NCBI RefSeq assembly: GCF_006345805.1
Contig: NC_043018.1
Span: 15,128,001-15,192,000, forward strand
Origin: Octopus sinensis
Lineage: Eukaryota
Direction of reading: 5' to 3'
Length of the DNA: 64,000 bases
The position numbers were made by a program, and so were the translations under genes. Positions 23,384 through 35,435 of the stretch are shown here, piece by piece. The notes beneath the pieces are model-generated. The model did no database searches, was not told the origin of the DNA, and saw only the letters and a program-made list of their open reading frames with translations. Each line of letters begins with the position of its first letter. Position 1 is the stretch's first letter.

Positions 23384-24894
23384 CTACTATTAGTACTTTA
23401 GAAAAAAGGCAAAATAGTCCTCGACAGGATATGAACTCAGATCACAGAGTATCGGAACGAATACTGCAAAGCATTCTATCCAACATCTGTTAATTCGCAT
23501 TATGTAAAAAAAAAATATAACACAAATGAAGAGAATAAAGGTTTAGGGAAAAATATTCAACTACCACTAAAACCTATTTCTTTACTACCCACAAGGGGCT
23601 AAACACAGTGGGGGAAAACAAGAACAGACAAACGGATTAAGTCGATTACATCGACCCCAGTTCGTAACTGGTACTTAGTTTATCGACCCCGAAAGGTGAA
23701 AGGCAAAGTGGACCTCGGCGGAATTTGAACTCAGAACGTAACGGCAGACAAAATACCTATTTCTTTACTACCCACAAGGGGCTAAACACAGTGGGGGCAA
23801 AAAAGGACAGACAAACGGATTAAGTCGATTACATCGACCCCAGTGCGTAACTGGTACTTAATTTATCGACCCCGAAAGGATGAAAGGCAAAGTGGACCTC
23901 GGCGGAATTTGAACTCAGAACGTAACGGCAGACGAAATACGGCTACGCATTTCGCCCGGCGTGCTAACGTTTCTGCCAGCTCGCCGCCCTCGCTACCACT
24001 AAAACCTTCAGCTGCTAGCCTGATACCTGACTGGCTCAGTCAGGTGCAATGCTCACGAGTTCAGCACAATACGGCGAGTCTCACAATAAAGCATTTACAA
24101 TTATACACTATATACAATACAAATTAGCAGACACTAAATCACGTGGTCCTTCTTTCTCTTAGCTTTCTCTTTTTTTTTTAAATTTAAATTTATCTTAGGT
24201 TTCTAAAGAATTTCTACAACTGTAAGAACAAAGGTAAACCCTTTATTCTTTTATTCTACCCCAACATCCAAAACAAAGAAATTAGAACAGCCGACGAGAC
24301 ACTTGTGTGTTTATTGTTTCCACATAAAAGTATATTCACGAAACAAGTTAGATTTGTATTGTATGTCTTGAGTGACAAAGACCACAAGTACAATGGATAG
24401 CAAATGTCTGGAGTATTATTAACACCGTCGTGTTAACGAAAGACTGGCTCCTCTGAAATACTGTTTCTAGGAGCAATAGAACAACTGTTTACTGCTTGCT
24501 CGTATAAGTCACCCCCGAACTCTGTTTCTCAGAGCAATATCACAACTGTTAATTTACTCCTTTCAAGGTCTTTATATATCCAATTAGTGCTTGCAGGGTA
24601 GAAGTAAGAAAAAGATTGTTCAATGCAAGGCCGACTCTGATCGAGGAGACATTTGATGACAGCTACTTCAGCTGCAACCATTCCATTATTAAAAGAGCAC
24701 AGACGACTACTTTGTGTAAAATACCATTTCCTTATCTATGACTGCAAAGTGAAATTCATGAGAGAATTAGCATTTATTTCTAGTAGGTCGAGTGGCCACT
24801 TAGATACTATATTGTTGACTTGATTGTATTGTAGTCGTCGTTTGTTATTTAACTTCAGGTCAGCTCTTTTTGAGAAAACCTATAATCAAATGAT

Positions 24895-25140
24895 GGAGGC
24901 GCGTGGCTTAGTGGTTAGGGTGTCAGCACCATGATCTTAAGATTGTGATTTCGATTCCTGGACCGAGCAACGCGTTGTGTTCTTGAGCAAAACACTTCGT
25001 TTCACGTTGTTCCAGTCCACTCAGCTGCCAAAAATGAGTAACGCTGCGATGGACTGGCGTCCCGTCCAGCTGGGGAACACATACGCCATAGCAGCCGGGA
25101 AACTGGGCCCGTGAGCCTGGCTAGGCTTTAAAAGGGCGCA
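24895..25140 (+). mobile_element. tRNA-derived SINE with V-domain-like core
   Basis: tRNA-like head (GGCGCGTGGCTTAGTGGTTAG...TTCGATTCC); GCGATGGACTGGCGTCCCGTCCAG resembles the V-SINE central motif. Confidence 0.55.
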
Positions 25141-25379
25141 TTTATTTTTTTATTATAATCAAATGTGTCCCAACCGTGACTAACTCATTTTATTTTCAAA
25201 TTAGCCGACAGTTTCATTAATGATAGAAAATGACACATCAAAACAATTGAAAAAAATCACATTGATAAATTCCTTATTTAAAAGCATCACGCTTTTTTAG
25301 TTAAAAGAATGAAATCTATTTCCAATGATTTTTAAATGTTATCTACCTGCAAAAAATAATGAGTCATAATCGTATATAA

Positions 25380-25913
25380 AACACGACCCCCCCCCCCGTC
25401 CAATGGACGGTGCTGAATCATATCTGCTGAATAAAAAGCAATCAGTGTTTTCTTTTTATTAAAAAATAGTCAAGCATGCCTTTATTTCAATAAAATTTTT
25501 GGTTTTGTTAAATGAAGTTAAGGCAAAAAATAACTTCTTGAGAAACCAAATAGTCTTTCCTTCCTTCATGCCAAGTTTGAAGAAAATATCTCTTTTGCAT
25601 CTGACTTTTTTGGTCTCTTAAATATACTGCATTTTGTGGTATTATTTCAAGCAAGCCGGCTTTTTTTGCGCAAACTGCACGTGTATTTTTCTCGATCGCA
25701 ACAGCTGATGTACTTGCGTGTACAAATGCACGTTCCCACGGCTTTATCGATCGCATTCTCAACTGGAATCGATTTTTGTAATTTTTTCAAGACTTATATA
25801 CGCCCTGATACCGTCGGCATCTACATATCAAATTTGAGCGCAATCGGATGGAGGATGCCCGAGATCCTAGAAGACACACACAGAGACAGACAGAACGGAT
25901 TTTATATAATAGA
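25380..25913 (-). mobile_element. Helitron/Helentron-derived (HINE/DINE-like) non-autonomous element
   Basis: Minus strand starts A|TCTATTATATAAA then (CTGT)n and CCGATT..AAATTTG; hairpin CCGTCC-AAT-GGACGG near 25395. The 3' boundary is uncertain. Confidence 0.4.
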
Positions 25914-26426
25914 TATTGTCACTCATACTATCGAAAATGACTGGTAATACTTCTTTTGTTTTTGCTGTTTCATTGAATGATTTAATGATGATCATAAAAT
26001 TAATTCAAGATAATAATATTGAATTTGCAAAAACGTTACCCTTTCATTGAGAAAAGATTGAAATATATGCATGTAGTCTTACATTGGTTAATACACTGCA
26101 GGGATAATTCTCATTAGACTATTTGTATTTTTATATGTATGCAAGTTGTACATACGCACATATAACTTAACTCTTAATCAATGTTGTTCCGATAGTTCTT
26201 TTGTCACAATATTCATAAAACTGCAATTTCCACAAAGATTTCCGTTCCCATAGTTATTTATGAGTATTTTATGACTGATTTTGCTCTTCGTTCTACTTAT
26301 CGGAGCATAAATCTGTCAATGACTCAGCAAAAGAAAAGGTTAGTAAACAGCATCTTGATTAAATGACTGCCTTGGGGTTTGTTGATGGTCATGGAAGATA
26401 CTGCTTTTATGGGCAAATGTTCTGTT

Positions 26427-26664
26427 TGTTGTTGTTATATATATATAATGTATTGAGTATTAAAGGAAGTAGTGAGTACTTAGTATGAAAGATTAAGAAA
26501 ATGAGAGAGACTGAAAAAACGTGTTAACGATACGAGATACTTTATTAGACTGCCGTTGTTGTACAAGGTATTTGTTGTGGCGGGAAACTTACTGAATGTC
26601 CTTGTATCAAGGGAGACAATGGGCAACGTTGATTGTTCATGTTTGTTGTGATGATTACATAACA
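26427..26664 (-). mobile_element. Solo LTR (238 bp), 5-bp TSD CTGTT, in intron 2 of the methyltransferase gene
   Basis: TSD at 26422-26426 and 26665-26669; same sequence as 14624-14861. Confidence 0.85.
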
Positions 26665-27215
26665 CTGTTCCATCACAAAAAAGAACATTTGTCTCACTTG
26701 GTGATAGTTTCATCCTAAGGATAAACACTTCCCCTTACTATTTTTCTATGAATATATAGATCATGCAGGGACATTACCAACAAACTGGTGCCATTCAATA
26801 ATCCTCTCTCGTCAGATTATCCAATAACATAAGAATCTATCCAAGCAGCACGTGTGGCAGCATTCCGGAATGAGTCTGAGAATGAAGAAATTCAACAATC
26901 TTCTAAAGAAAAACATTCCTTTGATTCACCACGTAGTAATGTTAGAATAGACTTATTTGTTTGTTAATTAATTAATTAATTAATTAATTTTGAATGAGAA
27001 TCTTTGAAGTAGCATCTTCTATGTGATTTTCGTTTGCAATGTCAAGAGACTCTCCAAATACGTCTCTTACTATATATATATATATATATATATATGTAAA
27101 AGTAAAAAAATATACAAACTGGGACAAGAACGTGAAACATTTAGAAGACGACACAAAAAATACGGACGGGACACTCGAAGCCTTCAATCTTCAGTCAAGA
27201 ACCGGATCATCTTCG

Positions 27216-27262
<47 letters not shown>

Positions 27263-27366
27263 GGTCCCGGGTTGAGTCTGGGCTACACAGCAACAATGAC
27301 AAAACACCTTAAAAGTGAGTGGAAGGTGTGTATAGTGAAGAAATAGCATGACAATATAATTCTTAC

Positions 27367-27498
27367 CTTTTCTCCAAGGAAGCCACTGCCAGCCGCAACG
27401 TCAAGAACTCGTGTAGACGGTCTTACATTCTCCTCATATAAATTTGCTAAGGCCTGACTTGCATATATTGGACCTCTGTATCGGTTGGGACCCAAATC
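27367..27498 (-). CDS. METTL27: METTL27-like exon 2 (DLGPNRYRGP...VLDVAAGSGFLGEK), SAM-binding motif I
   Basis: Acceptor TTTCTCAG, donor AAG|GTAAGA, 132 nt, phase 0/0. VLDVAAGSG matches the class I MTase DxxxGxG motif. Confidence 0.92.
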
Positions 27499-27872
27499 CT
27501 GAGAAATTTACGGAAGAAAAACAGTTTCATATATATATATATATATATATATTTCTTTATTACCCACAAGGGGCTAAACACAGAGGGGACAAACAAGGAC
27601 AGACAAACGGATTAAGTCGATTACATCGATCCAGTGCGTAACTGGTACTTAATTTATCGACCCCGAAAGGATGAAAGGCAAAGTGGACCTCGGCGGAATT
27701 TGAACTCAGAACGTAGCGGCAGACGAAATTTGGCTAAGCATTTCGCCCGGCGTGCTAACGTTTCTGCCAGCTCGCCGCATTAATATATATATATATATAT
27801 ATTTAATATTCCGATAGATGATTTAAAGCAATATTCACAAACGTCACTATAATTGTGTGCGCGAAAATTTGC

Positions 27873-28004
<132 letters not shown>

Positions 28005-28319
28005 GATATATGAAGTGGCTAAATTGTTGAGCCATTTCTTCACAACTTCGACGTTCTTTAACAATTAGCTCTCTTGTGATTAGAAATGGATAGATAGAAA
28101 CTGTATGGAAGCCCGTCAGATGGACGGTATCTGTAATTCAAGGGTTCACCTTTGTCACACACTGAATCATATTGGTCACTGCTGAAAGATTATATTGAAG
28201 ATTCTCCCATCCGAGAAATGCTCGGCTCGTAAACCCGTTGATTCAAACAGTAGAAACATCAGTTGATCGAATTACTGAATATTCATCGCCTAAACTAACT
28301 GAGATCATTTATTATCGTT

Positions 28320-28615
28320 ATAGAGGATTAGTAGAGGAAAGTTCGATGACGTTCTTGGGGAGACCTTGGGTATCGAGGACGGTCGGGTAGATGCTCTCTT
28401 CTGGAGAACCATCAGCCTGAGATCGATGGATAACTTCCAGAAATCCCTGGTATGGTAGGGCTACCGGGAAGCTTTACCTGTTCGAGAGAAACTCTATAGG
28501 CATGGAAGTGCCGTCCCCGAGCATGTCCGAAACTGTCCTGCATGCTGACGTGTGGATCGATGTCGAACACCTGGCGTCGCGTGTGGGAGGGATCCGGCTA
28601 TCAACGGAATCGTAC
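28320..28615 (+). pseudogene. Tx1/L1-clade zf-RVT fragment
   Basis: DALFWRTI..MDNFQKSLVW*GYREALPVREKLYRHGSAVPEHVRNCPAC; same type as the 11000-11520 relic. Confidence 0.6.
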
Positions 28616-29490
28616 TTTATCACGAGTACTGATTATACACTGGTATATAGAATTTTAAATTTTAGAGTTACTTGACATAAATTTAATTCTGTCGGAATTG
28701 ACTTCAGATACAATAACCTTGTTATTAATATTTCTAGAGGGATGGATGGTATTAGCTAAATTAATGTTAGTATTAGTAAATGTATTAATATTTAACAGGT
28801 GTTTATTATGTGAAGAGATAATTTGTAAGAGATTTTTTTGTGTTGGAAAAACCAATCTTAACCGTATGTGAATTGATAATAGAGTAATACCTAGGATTCT
28901 TTGGAAAATTCCTAATAATAGCTTGACGAACGTGCAATGGGAGATTAGATTTAATTTGTCTCCCGTATGGAAGAATGAACCAAATATTTTTACTACTATA
29001 TATTTTATTTTTAGTGTAATTATTTTTGAAAGTCTTACATTTACTTTTAGAATGATAATAGGGGATTAAATAAGGGTCATCTCCCTTCCTCCGCTTTGTA
29101 TCAGTGCATAAGTTATGCTTGTTATCGATAATACCTTTACAACTAGATTTCATATCTACATTATTGAAGTTAGAATAAGACTGAATAGAATCAACATAGA
29201 AAATTTTCTCTGTATAATCCGCTTTAAGTAAAGCAGCGTTATAAAATCCAGCGTTATCATTGAAAATGTCAACATTAGCAGATAACGTAGATAATCTAAA
29301 CGAAATAGTTTTAACTAAGTTCTTAGTAATTGCCCTAGAATGATTACTAAATTTGCTAATGTACTTTAGATTGGTCAATGGTTTATGATGTGGGAAGTAA
29401 GAGTTACTGTGTAAGTTAAGCGTAATATCTAAAACGTTGGCCTTCGTCACATCATCATCAAAAACGATGCTTAAGCCCATTCTACTGAAA
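28615..29490 (-). mobile_element. Penelope-like element relic (RT thumb through start of GIY-YIG)
   Basis: ORF 28806-29480: NVLDITLNL..YFPHHKP..YISKFSNH..RLSTLSAN..IWFILPY..TVKIGFS; SIYQCIISTR near 28620-28650. Confidence 0.75.
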
Positions 29491-29688
29491 AATTTAACTA
29501 AACTATGTATATATATATATATAGGCGCAGGAGTGGCTGTGTGGTAAGTAGCTTGCTAACCAACCACATGGTTGCGGGTTCAGTCCCACTGCGTGGCACC
29601 TTGGGCAAGTGTCTTCTGCTATAGCCCCGCGCCGACCAATGCCTTGTGAGTGGATTTGGTAGACGGAAACTGAAAGAAGCCTGTCGTA

Positions 29689-29733
<45 letters not shown>

Positions 29734-29849
29734 TTGTGTGTGTGTGTTTGTTCCCCTAGCATTGTCTGACAACCGATGCTGGTGTGTTTACGTCCCCGTC
29801 ACTTAGCGTTCGGCAAAAAGAGACCGATAGAATAAGTACTGGGCTTACA

Positions 29850-29856
29850 AAAAAAA

Positions 29857-29907
<51 letters not shown>

Positions 29908-30152
29908 CTATATTTATATATATATATTTATATTATATATATATATATATATATATATCTATATATATATATTTATATATATATATATTTATATATATAT
30001 ATTATATATATATTATGTATCTATATTTATATATATATATATATTATATATTATATATATATATTTTATATAATATGTATCTATATATATATATATGTAT
30101 CTATATATATATATATTTATATATATATGTATCTATATATAATATATGTATC

Positions 30153-30183
<31 letters not shown>

Positions 30184-30452
30184 GTATCTATATATATATA
30201 TATATGTATCTATATATATATATATATTTATATATATATGTATCTATATATATATATATGTATCTATATATATATATATATATTTATATATATAGTATCT
30301 ATATATATATATATATGTATCTATATATATATATATATATAATTTATATATATATATGTATCATATATATAATATATATATATTTATATATATATGTATC
30401 TATATATATATATATGTATCTATATATATATATATATTTATATATATATGTA

Positions 30453-30514
<62 letters not shown>

Positions 30515-30857
30515 ATGTATCTATATATATATATATAGTATCTATATATATATGTATCTATATATATATATAATATATATTTATATATATATGTATCTAT
30601 ATATATATATATATAATATTTATATATATATATGTATCTATAGATATATATATATATATATTTATATATATATGTATCTATATATATATATATATAGATA
30701 TTTATATATATATTATCTATATATATATATATATTTATATATATTTATATATATCTATATATAATATATATATATATTTATATATATATGTATCTATATT
30801 TATATATATATATATATAATATTTATATATATATATATCTATATTTATATATATAAT

Positions 30858-30890
<33 letters not shown>

Positions 30891-30955
30891 GTATCTATAT
30901 TTATATATATATATATATATATATTATTTATATATATATGTATCTATATTTATAA
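29850..30955. repeat. ~1.1-kb (TA)n-based low-complexity array
   Basis: Direct reading. Confidence 0.95.
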
Positions 30956-32030
30956 CGGGAAGCTTTATGAAAATAAACAAAAGACGAAGGCAGGTGGAAA
31001 ACAAACGAACAATTGTATTAGTATGGCGCTCAGGAAATATAAATAATGTTAAGTCCCATACACAAATCAATAATATTACAACAACGACAACATGAATACC
31101 AACAATGTGATAATCAATAAGGTTAACAACAATGACAAGACCATTAACGTGAATTATAAAAATAAGTTGAAAAATAATAATAACTATAATAAGAATAATA
31201 TAAACCTACAAATCGATAAGAATAAAAATATAGAGCCCCAAAGAAAAAAGATAAACTTTGTTAAAAACCATAGCACCAGGTCATTGAGTCCACATAAACC
31301 AAACAGAAATTACTTCGATAAAACAAACAGGAGCAATGGTAAAGATAAACCCAACTATAGAAATAAGCACATTAGTCTTAACTATAATTTCACAAGCCTT
31401 ACAAACAATGGGGGTAGTTTCTATACTAGACAATAAACGTATTAGTGATAAGATCTGACTCGTAATCCCTTTTGCCTTGTACCTCAAATCCAACGTAGTT
31501 CGCTCATTAAGGAAACTAATAGATAAACACTTAAAGGTAAATATGCAGCAATATTTAGGAATAAAATTAGAGTAGGCATCAGCCTGACTAGTAAGCTAGC
31601 TACCATCATAGCCTCAATTAATAATAAAAAGCTAGACACTTTCTATGAAGCTTGGAAATAAGGAACAATAAATCTAACCATCAATAGATTAATAGAACAA
31701 ATCCCACCACTAATGAAGCGCCTCGTGACACAGACAAAGACCAGAGTAGTAATGGCCTCCTACAAACACAACACGAACACAGATATGCCTAATAATTTAT
31801 GTAGCTGCAAGGATAGAAGTAAGTGCCATTTCTCTAATAGATGTAAGACTAAAAACATAGTTTACTAACGTGACATACACACAAATAGCCATATAAAATC
31901 CTATATAGGAGCCACGAAAAACTAGATGATACTCAGGTATAACGCACACCAATCTAGCTTCAGAAATAGGAGCAAGGCAAATTCAACTGGGCTTAATTAC
32001 CAGACGGCCAGTGATTAAAATCTTTGAAAG
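30955..32030 (+). mobile_element. Penelope-like element relic (GIY-YIG end) preceded by an inverted terminal fragment
   Basis: CSCKDRSKC..CKTKNIVY...SYIGAT...RYNAHQSSFR..NSTGL at ~31800-32000. 30955-31050 shares gtattagtatggcgctcaggaaa with the 48652 terminus. Confidence 0.65.
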
Positions 32031-33334
32031 GAAGAGATTGTTATAAGTATCTAGGGATATTAGAATCTAACAAAGTAACAACTGTAGAATTGAAAGCGAA
32101 AATTGAGAAGGAATACATCATAAGGATGAGGAAGCTAATTAAGTCAAACCAAATGGTCCAAATCTAGTGAAGGCTGTAAATATTAGGACAGCATAATTAC
32201 TTAGATACTCAGCAGTTTTTGTAGATTGGACAAAAACTGAATTAGCAAAGCTAGAAAAAAAGAAATAGGAAGGAATTCAATATGAATAGAGGACTCCAGC
32301 CAAAGGCAGGAGTAGCAAGATTATACCTACCTAGAAAAGAAGGCGGAAGAGGGTTAGTATCAGTAGAAGACTTCGTGGAGTTAGCTAGAATAGACATAGG
32401 CTCCTATGTAGGTAATAGTGAAGGAAGTTTATTAAAAACTGCTAGAATCACAGCATGACACAGGAAACCTAAAACTCAAACGAAGTTAAAAACCAGAAAA
32501 AAAGAACAGAAATTATCTGACTGGCAGGAGAAGGCTTTGCATGGCAGATTCCCAAAGATGATTGCAGCAAGTAGCAGTAGTAAGACATGGTTATGGTTTC
32601 AGAAAGGAAAGCTGAAAATGAAGACAGAAAGTTTGTTAGTAGTTGCATAAGTTGAAGCATTAAGGACTAATTGGATAACAGCCAAGATAGACAAATACCA
32701 AGTAGATTCCCAATATAGATTATGCAAATTAAAAGAGGAAAGCGTTATTCATATAGTAAGTGAATGTAGCATGGTGGCACAGAAAGGATAAAAAAAGAAA
32801 AGACATGACGACCTAGGGAGAGTAATCCACTGGGAGTTATGTAGAAAGGTAGGATTTGAACATACTGATAAATGGTATGAATATGAGCCTAGTAAAGTAC
32901 TAGAAAGTAAGAAATGCAAGATGTTGTGGGACTTCAACATTCAGACTAACAGAGTAATAGAAGCTAGAAGGCCTGATTCAATAGTGGAAGATAAAGAGCA
33001 TAAAAAGTCCCAAATGATGAAAAAATCAATACGGAAGGTAAAGAGAAAGCAGTAAAATATCAGGACCTAGCCATAGCCATTGAATTACAGAGACTATGGA
33101 AAGTGCGGGTAAAATGCACCCCAGCAGTTATAGATGCATTGGAAACTATCTGTAAAAATCTGAACAGATGGATAGCGGAAACAGTGTTATTAGGGACAGC
33201 TAGGATTCTTAGGAGGGTTCTTGGCATCTAAGCTTACTTGTTGTAGCCTCATGTTAGAACTTTTCCAACAGTCTTATCTGTTGTGTGTATTTGAAAATAA
33301 TAATGATGATGATATGATAATAATAATAATAATT
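32030..33334 (+). mobile_element. R4/Dong-clade non-LTR retrotransposon 3' portion (RLE) with (AAT)n tail, antisense in intron 1
   Basis: RLYLPRKEGGRGL, LHGRFP, RLC..EESVIHIVSEC, RHDDLGRVIHWELC, LWDFNIQT..IEARRPD, LLGTARILRRVL. Many stops. Confidence 0.85.
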
Positions 33335-33339
33335 CTTAC

Positions 33340-33498
33340 TTCTTCATATTTGCCATTCATTATCCAATCACTATACGACTTTGTCATCTCTTCTCGGCTG
33401 ATTCCTTTCTGGTGCGCGGTAAAATTTCTGCTGTAAGCATTTTTATCGTCAACGCCGACTTCCTTGATGTAATCCTCTGCAGCCTTTTCTTCGAGCAT
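33340..33498 (-). CDS. METTL27: WBSCR27/METTL27-like SAM-dependent methyltransferase, coding exon 1 (MLEEKAAEDY...MNGKYEE, 53 aa)
   Basis: ATG at 33498, preceded by an in-frame TAA (33513-33511) and a polypyrimidine/CAG acceptor (exon starts 33514), so the CDS is 5'-complete and an upstream UTR exon is implied. Donor GTAAGA at 33339, phase 0. The symbol denotes family-level similarity only. Confidence 0.9.
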
Positions 33499-35227
33499 GA
33501 TTTGATCCAATTAACTGGAAAAGTACAGAAAAATCAAATAAAACAACAATACTAGAACAGAATGCAACAAGTGAAATAAGTATTAACGCCAGCAAAATAT
33601 TTGGTTTGAACGAATATATTGCCACCGATGTCCCATAGCGCTGTCTGTTATCACTCGTCTACTGTCCTGTCACTAACTGCTAATCTGTTCAACGATGAAA
33701 AATTTCGTTGTTATCAGAAAAAAAAAAGAAAAAGAAGAAAAGAAAAAAAAAAGAAAACAAAATATTCGGTAAATGAACGGAAACTCTTCTTCAGAACGTA
33801 TATTATAACCTGCAATTGTAGTCATTATCTGAGGCTGAAAGTGAAATGAAGTGTGATGGAATCCACTTTACAAATTTGGCTCTTTGAGAATTCTTCTTTT
33901 CTTACTATATTTACAATCAACTATAACTAATTCCAGCCACAACAGAGTCAAGAATTTCTGTCAATTGCTCCTCAACTATTCATCAGTCTGTCATATATTG
34001 CTGTCATTTATAATGTTGATGGGTGGTTGTAGGAACAGGAGGAGAGCTGTGTGCTGGAAAACGCTTGTGGCGAAATGATTGGTCGAAATGCTTTGTATGG
34101 AGCATAAGGACACTTCATTGATTTGGAGAAGTGTGGGCATGCGCGTGCGTGTGTGTGTGTATATAAGAGAGAGAGAGAGAGAGAGAGATAGAGAGAGAGC
34201 AGGGTGAGTGAGATGAGTATAATCAGATGCATTTATGGAATTTTAAAGAAATAAAGACAGTTGTATCTACGATTAGGGCCTAGGGTTCAACTAGCTATCC
34301 GACCAGGAACTCGGAGAGTCAAAGAAACGATTGTGACTGTCTCCTTAAAGAATGAACCTTGTGCAATTTTGTGAAGACCCTGCCCCACGTGGCCCATGAG
34401 GAAGTCATGCTTCGCTTTACTAAGAATCTCTTGGAGGCGGAATGTAAAAGACAAATGGGTGAAAGTGAATTTGGAGTTTCAGGAAACGTGTTTCAAGGAT
34501 CGTTTTTAATGAAATCTATCGCAGTTGTCTGGAATTCATCGACGTCTGTGTGTGAAGTGGATGAAAGAAGATTTGATGGTTCTACCAGTGTGTGAAAGTT
34601 GCTAAGACAGTCAAACTGAATCAAATATTGACCTTTAATAAATATTTCCATTACCTCAGAAATACCGAAAAGGAACCGACGATTAGAAATTGTTCCTATA
34701 CGCAAATTTGTAGGTAAGTATTCGAAAAGAGGAGAAAAGTCAGAAGATATCAGTGAAGAAAAGGTCAACTTATCCGAAATAGCTTCTGTGTCAGACTGCA
34801 ATATATCTGTAGTGAGATACAGGGTGGACAAAAGAAGAGAAGACAACGGTAGAGAGTTTGTTTTATATGGGGTGTGGAACGCATATGGTAACTTTCCCTG
34901 GTCAACTGAGTTGCAGGGAGAGGCTTGAGCATTCCCGAATAATAGTTGAGACAAGTTCAGTAAGTCTCCAGGTGTTGTAGGTTATATCTATTTAATAATA
35001 ACATTTCGTAGAACAATACAATGCACGTATATATTTTAATGTGCCGCAGCAATTATAGAAACAATTAACTCATGTGTACAGAACAACGTTAATTACTATT
35101 AGAAGTGAAATTTAAAACCGACTTTCATTATTACAGCCATCTGAAGTAAATAGGAAAATATCACACCCATGACATAAGAAATACAGCTGTAGTTTAATAG
35201 CTCTCGGTCTCATAGCGATACACACAC

Positions 35228-35273
<46 letters not shown>

Positions 35274-35401
35274 TACATATGTATATATATTTTTATGAAA
35301 ATATATACATGTATGTATATATATGATACATACACACAAACACACATATATACATACATATGAACATACACATATATACATATATATGCACACACACACA
35401 T

Positions 35402-35435
<34 letters not shown>

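Noticed and set aside
14624-26664. A single 12-kb LTR retrotransposon bounded by the two identical LTRs
   Set aside because: Each LTR has its own 5-bp TSD, and the interval holds host exons rather than gag/pol.
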